This document shows positions 43,701-55,700 of a stretch of DNA of 64,000 nt, one piece after another. The notes below the pieces were generated by a model. The model saw nothing but the letters and a program-made list of their open reading frames with translations. It was not told the origin of the DNA and ran no database searches. The DNA comes from Ascidiella aspersa (taxonomy: Eukaryota), in contig OZ004608.1 of assembly GCA_963924565.1 (NCBI GenBank), positions 23,560,001-23,624,000 on the forward strand, in the 5' to 3' direction. Within the stretch, counting starts at the first letter, position 1; each line of letters starts with the position of its first letter. Both the position numbers and the translations under genes were made by a program.

Positions 43701-46700
43701 CGTATCAATAGTACACCGAAAAACCATCGCAGACTCGCCGAATCTGTCGATCTATGATGCAAGCAAAGCAAGCAAAAAAAACAACTGGCCTGCAGTGAGG
43801 TTCGAACTCACGACCTCCGGTCAAGCATTTCAGGTGTATTGAGGTATTTATGAGTCAAACGCACTTTTCGAAATACACTCGATATGCTGACTGAATTTGG
43901 TGCTTGCAAGCATAGTTTCACGTTAAATATTACTCACTCGTCTCGCAGCTGGCTCCAGTGAACGTCGGGGCACAGGCACACCGGTGAGAATCGACGCCGT
44001 CGACACAGGAACCCCCGTTTGCACACGTCACACCAACACAGTCGTCGACATTAACCTCACACAGTTCGCCAACGAATCCGCTTTTACAGTGGCAACTAAA
44101 AGCAGTTCAGGTCATAAAGTTTTTGGATTTTTTTTTTGCACTAACTGTATATTTGTAACAATAAATGCAATCGCTTAATAACAAAACGATTTATCACTAA
44201 GGCAAAAGTTTTTTTGATAACACCAAACCAACCTATGAATAGCTGAGCAACTTTGTCTTTACTAAATGTAAAGAAGTAAAAATGCCCAAATGTATTTGTA
44301 TAAAAAATTACATTCCTTATGAGAAAAGTTTTAAATACATTGCGCGGTGTATTAACTTGTCGGACGGTCGAATTTGCAACAAAAAGCCTTGTCAAAATAA
44401 GACGTCTCGGTCACCCCTTGACGTTTTGCATTTCAAAAATTTCAGTAACGTGCAAATCGCCAGTGGTTTATTTCTTACATGGCTCCCTAAAATATTTATT
44501 TATTTTAATCTGTTTTACAAAATACCGTGCTGAAAATAACTTGCACTCACTCAAAAGCATTGGTATGGTCATGGCAAGTTCCTTGGTTGAGGCATGGCCG
44601 ACCTATGCAGTCGTCGATATCGATTTGGCAGTCGGTGCCGGTGAATCCAACCGCACACATACAAATGTAATGCGCCACCTTGTCTATGCAAGTTGCGCCA
44701 TTATCGCAAGGGGAAGTAGCGCATTCGTTGATGTTTATCTCGCAATTGGAACCTGGAAGAAATGAAATAAAACAAATGTCTTTATAATGCGCAAGTCTTG
44801 TCGGCAAAACTTTGCAGGCCACTATAGGTTGTGTTTATCAATGTATCTTCCCCCGAGACGTGTTCCGATTGGGAATGGATATAGTAACAGTCTTCCGAAA
44901 TGCTATAGCTTGTTCATTGCTCCAACGCCTCCAACAGCAAACTCCAAACACAAAATCAGTTTCTTGGTTCGTAAGCAACACTGTACACTAATTTACTGTG
45001 TTAAAAAAGTGGTAAGAATGCAGTATACAAAATACGAGTAGCAACGAAGTTGCTGTGCCCACCTACATTCTCGCTACATTACCCAGACATACCTGAGAAT
45101 CCGGCAGAGCAGTGGCATTGATATGTGGCCAACTTGTCTATGCACGTTGCGTTGTGTTGGCACGGCGTCGACTCGCACTCGTTTGTGTCGGTCTCACACT
45201 GAGTTCCCTCGTAACCAGTTTGACAGCGACACCTTAACGTGAAATAATTATACAGCCACTCAGTTTACAGGCATCAATGTCGTTATGAACTGTGATGTTG
45301 TCGCATAAAAGTGCTGCTGAGTTAAAGTCATAAGTGAAAGTCCAGATTTACGTCGAACTAACGGTCAAAATCACAAAGCAAAAATGAGTAATAGACTCAC
45401 GTGTATCCATTGATTTCATCTGTACAGCTTCCTGCATTGTAGCAGGGATTGCTCAAACATTCGTTGATGTCCGTCTCACAGTTAACTCCTGGTTGTGATA
45501 CAGTTTGTAAAATATATTATGTTAGAATAATAGAGTAAAACAAAAGCACAATCTTATGAAATGTCAAGTAAAAACAAAGTATAGTGGATTGCAGAAACAA
45601 GGGACTTACCTGTATACCCAGGAAGGCACACACAAACATGACCTGCGCTACCAGATTTACATCGCGCGCCGTTCTTGCAGGGATCTTTAAAAAATAAAAA
45701 AAAGTTATAATAGCGACCAATTTTGAGTTAACCATTACAAGGCATATTCATCTTACCGAGAAAACAGCTGCTAAACGGTAAAGTGCTGTTCACAACATGC
45801 AAGCCCAATATCTGCTCTTCTGAAGGTATACCACGTACGTGTAATTGAATGCCTAAAGCAGCAAAATAAAGTAATAATCAAATAAACTAAACATTGTATA
45901 CAAATAGCAAATCTTATTGTTAAATTAGAAAATTTTGATATTATTTCACAAACCAAACGCGAAGATATTCCATGACAGTGTTGTTGCAATATAAGCGACA
46001 AAACAATTAGACTGGTGTCTATAAAACATTTGTAAAGATTCCTCCCTTGGTTAAAGGACGTACCGTGTTGAGCTGTGTTTAGGCCGTTTTACTTCCCATA
46101 CTTGTAGGTGAGCGAGGAAAATCAGCGAACTTTAATGCGTCTCGTATACATTATATATTATATTGGTGATTTTAGGGCGTACACTACAGCCAGATGGTCA
46201 ACCTATGGCAAATTGCGCAAGGGGAGCGTTGTATAGGCCTACCCAAGAAATATTACAAGTAAAGTAGGCCTATACCTGATACCGATTTTCTAGTTCAATA
46301 GAAAATTATGCAATAGCTGAAGAATTAGTTGTACTGAGATTACTTCTAATCTATAAAAGAATAATCATTGTCATTGAATATATTCTTTGGTGTGCATCTG
46401 TTAGCCATGTTTCCTTTACAATAATACGTTATCGCTGTAATTATATACACTTTAGTATTCTTTATATACACTTCACTTTAAGACACAGTAACATTAAGTA
46501 AAAAATTGTGCTATTAGTCGCTGACTGGTTGGCCACCCTCGCGATGGGATAATCGCTTTCTCACAGAGAGACGAGCGGAAGCTATCCAAATCAATGTGAA
46601 CTCAAGTTTGCCAGCCGCTCACAGTCGGTAATGTAAAAGAGTAGCGAAACAACCGAAGCACTTTCAAGAGAAAAAGTTCTCCACCGTGTTCCTGATTTGG

Positions 46701-49700
46701 CAGATTAGCACCGAGTATGCTTTCCTGTGTTGCTGTCATAAAAAAGCCGGTTGGAGTTGGCCTGAGCTGGTAAAATGGAACCGAAATCAACGTATAAAGA
46801 AGAAGCACAGTGGATATATGTTTCCACTGGACAAACTCAAAAAGATAGTTTTTCAAATATAATGTGGTTGTTTATTGTGCTTTTTCATATGGCTTTGGCA
46901 GTGGACTGCTGTCTTCACGATGGTTGCGACTGTTCGAGCACAACTGTTATTTGCGAATCAGTGGGGCTAAGCTCATTGGTTGCAGTCAAATATCTCCCAA
47001 GCGACACCAACACGATGGTTATTACCGGCAACAGCATAGATGAGGTAAGATTTTTGGTTAAAACTATCGCCAAAATAACTTTCCTAACTTTTATTCAAAC
47101 AAAATAAGTTTATATTTATTTTTTATGTATAGTTGTTGTGTTTATTACATTTTCGTTTAATACAGAAAAAATGACACATTTTGGCTTATTGATATCCTGT
47201 GTTGACCTGTAGGCCTAGAAGTTTTACTTCCACGTAAAATTAAAACGAACGTTCATAAAATGTTATTGGTTGTCAGTATATCAAAAGATCTGCGATCTAC
47301 TTGCCAACCGGTTAAATAAATGCGAATTTATTGTATTTGTGCAGATTACAAAAAAATCCTTCTTCAACCTAACTCAGCTTCACACGATTTATTTACAAAA
47401 AAACAACATTGCGAAACTAAATATCGGAAGCTTTGAGAGTGCTCCAGTGCTGAAATTGCTTAATCTTAGCAGCAATAGAATGACAAGCATTGTTGATGGA
47501 ACCTTTAGAGGACTTGATCGACTCACTTTTTTGGATCTAACCAATAACGAAATTACAGGTTGGCCTTTTTTATAGCTAACATGTAGAAGAGAAGAGTTCG
47601 GGAATTCAAATTTACCTAAAGAACACTTTATATCATCGTACATAGACAGAGGTATTTTTTCTTTGCTTCATGGTATTCAGGTTACGGCCCAACCATAGGC
47701 TTAGTCAGGGCTAAAATAAAATAGTCGAGTATCTCTAATGTATAATGACCCGCAGAGATTGTGCGACCCATCAAGAAGTCGCACTGTGTTTTCTGATTAT
47801 TTCTAATATTTAATAATTTTTTACAGCTTTAGAAGAAAATGCGTTCAAGGGATTACTTTCTTTGAGTGAGCTATATTTGTCCGACAACGGCTTGGCCAAT
47901 ATTCCTAATGGGGTGTTTGCCTCACTGCACAACCTGAACCACCTCAAACTGAATGGAAATAAGATGGTCACATTACCTGACGGCGTGTTCAGTACACTCA
48001 ACAAACTAGCGGAGTTGTACCTCAGCTACAACAGGTGAGTAAGCGGTAATGTACTTTACGAGAGTATACAACGCAGCCCGTGACTATACGTTTACTCGTC
48101 AATGTGTAAGATGTGGATTTTGCAAATAAATGTAACGTAAATTGTTGCAAGTTGTAAAATGTTTACGAGACATAGTGTGTTACTATATGTTATTTCCGAA
48201 GTATGTTACCTTTTGCCTTGTAAATGTTGTTGAAAACAGAAGCGGGCGAGTGAGTCCATACCCCTATTTTTTGCCTAATATTAGCTTTTTAAAGGCTACG
48301 CTCGTTTACTGCGTGACATTCTTGTTAAGTTTTATCAACCTAATGTATATGTGGCATGTGTGTTTTGCGCTTCACGCATATGGGTTACCTAATTATTTTG
48401 TATAGCCACAATACATAGAATAAAGAGTAGGGCGGCCGACCCTATTCATAGGACTTTAATTACACTTGATCTATATTACCAAAAGCTAGTACCGTCAGCC
48501 CAAAAAATCAAATAATCGATTTTTTAGCAACGTTTTGCGGACATCTCTTTGAATGCCTTCAGACTCGATTTCAGTTCAACATTTGCGCACGAGTAATTAA
48601 ACAGAATTCTTAAGGTTATTTGTTTGTGATGCCAAATTATGACGTAAACGAGGTTTTTATCTCTCAACATTTTCAATCCTGAATCCAATCCTGGTTGTAA
48701 AACGTGTAATATGGAGTGAAGTCAGTTAAAGATAATTTTTAAGTCGAGGTAGATTTTAAAGTTTTTATATTTAAGCGATTCATTGCGAATATCATTACTA
48801 ATCCATGACATATAAATATTAAGCGTGTATCGCATACCGCTTTGACTCGATAACCTAATATCTGGCGTCATCCGAGCAACAAAACCTATTTTAGATAGAT
48901 TACGGCGTGACAAAATTTAGCGAGTAAGCAGCCCAGGAGATGACTTTCAATTGTACAGCTTCCCTAAGTATTGGAATTTTCTTGTTACAGACTGCACACA
49001 ATAACTTCCGCCCAGTTTGAGGGCCTGGGCAAACTAGAGCGGCTCGACATGCAAGGAAACCGCTTGCTAGAGCTCGATCCAGCGGCTACCGAGGGAGAAA
49101 ACCTAAATCGCAGGGCATGCCTTCAGGTACCGGTATAGGTTGCATTTTTTTGTTATGAACACAGATAAACGAAAGTTAGTTTTATTGCACATTATACTTT
49201 CATACAGTATAACATAAAACCCATGGTCTCCCAACATAAACCAGTGAACCGCTGAAGTGTAATTCTAGATTGTACCGTAATTCATGAGGCTGTTTTTTCG
49301 TGTCTTTACACTACGTGCCTATATCCCGGTTTCATTTAAGTTATTGCATAATTTTTTAGGTTTCTAGAAATATTTCTCATGACGAGAAATTAAGAAATTC
49401 AGGCGTTTGAAAAAAAAATAAGAGAAGGTGTCCTATTGAGTATGAATAAAATTATGTGACACAGAAGATTGGTATTAAGCGTATCTAAACTGACAAAAAA
49501 AGAGTTACAGTTGTCATATTATCACGAAAAATAAACCCGAGTTTAGAATATCAAAAGTTGATTGATTTTTTCTTATTTATTGAAGACGAGCGATTTGCCA
49601 CAAAGTCAATTCCACCAGCCAGGTCTTCTTTCTGGATTAAAGCAGCTTAAACATTTGGATATTTCCAATAATTCACTGACGACGATGAGCGCATTATCTT

Positions 49701-52700
49701 TCATATCTCTAAGAAAACTAACCTTGCTCAAAGTATCGGCTAACCACTGGAGGTATTAAAAGTTGCCTGGACAGCTATATAACTAAACTATTTGTTATCT
49801 GCCCTTTTCGTGAGGTTCACTTTAAAAAAAACGTTAAATACTTGTTTTTGCATCTGTATGCTCTTTAAAAGACTTTAGCTTTCGTGCTATATTTTACAAA
49901 ATAGTAATACTATATGAAGCTACCTGCCATAACGTATGGAGTACTTCAATAATATTGCACCATTGCTCTAAAGGTGCGATTGCAAGCTCAAACGAACTTT
50001 ATTCCACATGCGACAAGAACATGACGACGATGTCCCCAGACACCATCACGTGATATGTTGGCTCCCGGTGAAGTTGCGAGGTGTTTCAATCGACGATCTC
50101 AAGTTTGTAGATTTAGAGGACTTCGCCAACACAACTCGTCGTAAAAAAATTTCACATTCAAGCGTATTAACAAACCAGCCCACGACTTTATCAACGGTGA
50201 GTAAAACTGAAGTTTATCGCTAAGCTCTGGTTTCCTTGTTGCACTACTTGAATGCAATGTAACCCTTTATGCAACGTCAACGTCGTTTGGTGCAGGCTGA
50301 AATCCAGACAAAGAAAACCTTTTCCAGCGACCTTTCCACAACCTTCAACGTTTTGCTAGGCACGTCTGGACAGCGCTTATCGCCGAACAAGCCGCCAGCG
50401 TGGAGCCGCCAGCCAGTCTCATTTCCTACCTTCAATTTACGTCAAAACGCTGCAACTGCAACGTCACACGACAGGGTCGACGCAACGGCTGATGGGAATC
50501 GATTTAGGAAATTGGTAAACAAAAGCTGGGTACTTCAGTAAGTATTTCCAAATTATAAACACAATTATGCGGATTGGGTAGCATATTGATGCATAGCGAT
50601 ATTAGTATCTTGTAGTCCAAAAAAAAAACAAAGCTTTGAGAACGTAACAATAACATGCTTTGAAAATCGATGTAAAACAAGAAAGTGCAGTTGGTAAACG
50701 TCCAAGACCAGTGGTTGGTCATTTAAGGTATTTTCGGGGACCGTAAAACTTGCATACACAAGACCAATTCAAAATATACTAAAAATAAATTTCCCACATG
50801 AATTGCTTAGGTATCTTAAAAACAGGCCAAAATTGAAGCAATTTAAAAACAAGGCTATAGAGCAGTGGTTCTCAACCTTTTTAGCTTACGGACCGGTAAA
50901 TTTGAAAACAAGTTTTGGTGGACCTTCAAAAATCACAATCAACGCAAAAATGTAATTACGACAAAACTATATGCAACTTAAAAGCAATGAACGGAAACGT
51001 CAATTTAATAAGCAATTTGCTACTGTCTTTTTGATATCACACGTGTTTTACGTGGTTCATAGAAGTTTTTGGTTTCAAAGCTTAAGACTTAAACGAGTTG
51101 TAGCCTACTATAAACACTTGCACCATTGTGACGAACAATAAAGTCCAAAGTAAAACATTAACTCTATGTTGCGTCACAATGCAGGAAATTACGGAACTGG
51201 CAAAGTTCTACATTTGATCGAACCGGCGGTTGAGAACCACTGCTATAGAGCAGTGGTCCCCAAGTGGGGTCATCTGACATTTTTGTGGGGTCGCCATAAA
51301 CTCATCATATTTCCGTTTTAGTACGATTTATGTATTTCGTTTTCTTTACAATGACGTCACACTAATAAACGTGACTGAGTGTACCTTCTACATAAATTGC
51401 TGCTATAGCTCTAAAGAGCTGCTAAATCACCTAACGTGACATTTAGCAACAATTAGCTTTGATTTAGCGCAGCGAGTATGGCACTTTTGCTCGCAATTTG
51501 TTTCACTATGACATTCTTTTAATGAGATATAAAGGGATGGTTTTTCAAAAATGGTTCGTGAAGCGGGATTTCAGCGCAATGAGGTTATTAAAAGCGAACG
51601 TGTGCATATAAAGGGTTGGTTGGTCAAAATGTTAACTTTTTGTTATTTAACTTGGGAACGTAGTTTGCAGATATAAGGAGTTCGCTTTATATTCCTAATT
51701 ATGACAGCGGATGCAGCAAACCGTATTTATTTTAACTCGTCTAAAGCCACACAATCAAAAGTTTCAGTAAATATTTTCGTAATGACTTCGATGCAATCAA
51801 CTTACCCGACTCTATTCAATTTTGTTATTAAAACCCCATCCCGTTTTTAAACACATGATTTATGAATCTGGACAAAGAGCAATGAGCATATTAATCACTA
51901 AACATCGTAGGCCAATATTGCTTGGAAGTAGAGCATGAAATGCGGTTATGCTTATATAAAGTGGATGCCAAAACTAGTGGAAATACTATGCAACCGCAAC
52001 CATAGCACTGAATGCAATTTATTGTTGAAACAAAGTGAATTTTTTATGTTCGTTCGTGTGTTAAATCAAATTAATTTTGTTGTGAACAATTTGCGCTCGT
52101 GCTGCTTTATTCAAGCATTATCTGGATTTTTTTTATTCGTGTCTCAAAACTAAATGGGGTCGCGATGTGAATTATTAATTGCATTTTATTTAAATTGGGG
52201 TCGCTTATTAAATAGGTTGGAGACCACTGCTATAGAGCACTGGGATTTCACTTGCTATTTGTTAAGAATATTTGACTAAAGCTTTTTTTGCAGATGACTT
52301 GACTGTGTATTATGGGTCATTTAAAATATTTTTTTTACAATACTGGATTATTTGTTCTTTGAAAAATTCTACTTACTTAGTTTTAACCATGAATCTTATT
52401 TCGCGTTTTTTAAGTGTCTTTAAGTCTATCAAAAGTGCTGTTTTAGCCATACAGGTATTCGGTCGTTTGTGTAGCGAAACGGGTGTTGTATCAATATGTA
52501 TAGCTCTAACAACTTTTGTGATTTGGTAAAATCATATGAAAGGCATGACATTATATAGAAAAATGTGTGAACGTATGTTGTGTGCTTAATGCATATTTTT
52601 GCGCTTCGCGCGAGCTTTAGGTAAAAATTTAGCACGACTTTATTAGACAACAAGAGCTTTCCTAAGGGTTTTTGCTTAAAGACATGTTATAAGGTAACCT

Positions 52701-55700
52701 TGTGATGTCATCTTTGAAAATTACGTGGCCAACTTTTGTTCTTGACGTCGATATAGTAACGATTACAACGTTTTCGGATTTTAAAAAAGCAGTAAATAGA
52801 TTTCATTTTGCACAAGCAATTTTAGAAAGACAAGTAAACAAGTCTATTCCTCTCGGCGTCTTTACTGTCTGAAATTATAAGATAAACGCCAAAGATCGTA
52901 AGGCTGTAGGCCCATGTTTCACGTCTTAAACTAAGCAATGAAAAAATCCACATGTTTGAAAAACACCTATATTCGAATTAAAATATGTCCAGCTTAGGCC
53001 TATACTATTGATTTGCTCATGTTATTCGTTAAGGTTCAACAAAAGAAACAACAACCTATTTGACTACTCAGACACTGAAGGTTTGTGTGAAAAATAAGCT
53101 AAATTTCTCTATTTAAATAATATCTACATTTTTTTATATTACCGTTTTATTCATAAACCGTCCTTATGGTGTCCATATGACTGTTTTGTTGCTATATTTG
53201 CAAGTTTAACACTTAACGAACTGGCAATGTTTTACTGATATATTTACAATTGTAAATTACATTTATATATGTACAATAGTAAAAAAATTAAAATTAAAAA
53301 TGGCGTTAGTCAAGCAATGACAGTTCAATTGCTGGTCATACACAATTACACAACCAAAATTGTTAGGAACATTAAATGTATGTCAAGCTAAAAATATATA
53401 GGTATATCATTAGATTTGGAGCCATAGCGAAACGCAACCCATTTTTTTTAGACTTATTTCGAAAACAAGTCAATCTTTTAAATGAAACTAGTGTTATTTT
53501 TTTTAAGTCAGGTAAAGTTAATGCAAGTTTAATTAAAACCCCTTTGTCATTATGGCAGCACTGGAAGTCCAAATGCAAAAGCATATGTACCTTTCGCAAC
53601 CTACGCGACTTACGCGTGCTTTTAACTGTCCCGCTTCAGATAAGAAATATCATTTAACTGCAAGACATTGACAATATCTAAGTTTAGATATATTTTAGTT
53701 TTCATGATTGCTTAATAGATTTTCCACCGTATGAAGAAAACAAGCCAGCACTGCAGCAAAATGAGTTAATATCATGGCTCATGTTGGTGGCAGCCATTTT
53801 CACCGTGTTTGCCGTAGTGGTTTGTGGAGTGGCATTTAAAAGGAAACACGACCAAGAAGGCGGAAGCTTATGCGGGTAACCTGGAATACTGTATATGATT
53901 TTTACTACTTATCTTATTAGCGTAAAAAGCTGAAGATTGTAAAACCGTTTTTAAATATCATATAAAATATATCACCTTGTACAGAGGTTAATATAATATG
54001 GTCTTGGAAATTACAAGTTTTACCAAGGGAAACGTTACGTAAGATTTACACCATTATTAAGCAATTTCTATTTGCTCATATTAGCAATGGGCGACTTATC
54101 GCTTACAAATTGGCAATTATGTTTTTTTGGATAGTACTAAATAGAAAATACTATAAAAAAGTTTACGTAGCAATATTTGTATAATCTAGCGTCAGAGTCC
54201 CTACTGCTCAAATGACATTAGCATAACCAGTGACTTTACACTTGGTAATCGTTACTTATAGCAAAGCAAAACAAAACATATGTAACGTAAAGCTAACAGT
54301 TTTAATAACCACGGTTTATTTATATAGATGTTGTTTTGGATCGGACAAGACATCAGGGCCATACCCATCAGACTCTGTAAGGTAATACCATGCAATTCAA
54401 GTAAACAAATCTCGTAAAATATTCTGTCGTAAATCATCGATGCTTAAAGGATAACTTTACATGATAGATCCTTCAGCAATTATCCTCTATTATATGACAA
54501 TCCACTTGCCCGAAGACCGCTTCCCCGACAGCCAGCAGTCACACGCCGTGATCACCGCAACCAAAGTCTAAGTGCGATGAGTGCCTTGCAAAATGGCATC
54601 GATGTAAGATGGACATGCGGTGGCTCGTTCGGCATCGGTGACTCGCGCCCACGATCGGTAATTCCTGGACGCTTTATATCCCGACTCGGGGCGGTGTGTA
54701 CTCCTCCCATTATTCCGCCACGAGATCCACTGGATTCAAGCTTGGAAGACGAGGACACAGGTAGCTCAAATAGCGACCGAACGCGGGCTTCGACACGTCG
54801 TGAGGAGTTGCACAGGCATCTACACCTCATGTCCAATAACGGCGCGAGCGCTGCGAGTTTATCGGACATTAGCACTTTATCACCGCCCTTACACAGCTAT
54901 TCGAACAGACGATCGTTGCAGATTCATGTGATTGAAAAAGAGAAGCGATTGAAACGGGAGGGTCCACGGTCGTCATCTGAGAAAAGTTGCAGGCGTCAGC
55001 CAGGTTGCGTTTCCAATTCGGTAAGCCGTAACGGAAGTGACGTGTCAAGGAAGAGCAGGCACTTGTCGAAGAGAAGTACAAAGCGCGATCACGACATGGC
55101 GCTGGAGGTCTTAGATGAAGGCAAAACGGCTCGTCACAACAAGAGGGACAACTACTCAAAAGTGCATTGCAACAGACGGTCAAGGGCACCAAAAACAGCG
55201 AGCATTGGTTCCAAAATGCTGTTGGAAATACCGCCAGAGAACAAATATCGCACATATTTAGATGACAATTGCCTTCTTGGATCTGTGGCGCCGCGTAAGA
55301 AAGTTCGACGGGGTGCATCTGCGCGCTACTGCGGAGAGAAGCCGGTCGATTACTTTTACCAACAATCCAACAACCGAAAAGTGAACGCCAAGTCCAACAA
55401 ATATTCGCCCGATTGTAAAATAACCGAAGTTTCTTCTGTGCGTCGCTCACAGAGTATGAATCATAACAAAAGAATGGATGAGGTTGATTTCAAGTTTCCA
55501 CCACCGCCACCTTTACTGAACATAAGCAGTGAAGCAGGTAGCCAAGCAGAGAGTTTATCACTATCGGAAAAGTCGTACAACTTGAATTTGCCGTCTCCGC
55601 TGCCATGTGGAGATGGCGAGTTCGATACACCAACTTTAATTTACAGAGATAGCTCATCAAGTCTTTCCTCTAATGATGTGCGAAACTACTCGATTCTGGC

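Noticed and set aside
47345-48034. Toll-like receptor or VLR orthologue
   Set aside because: No TIR domain. The 24-aa LPxGVF repeats are common to many typical-class LRR proteins, and there is no cassette array or GPI-type C-terminus.
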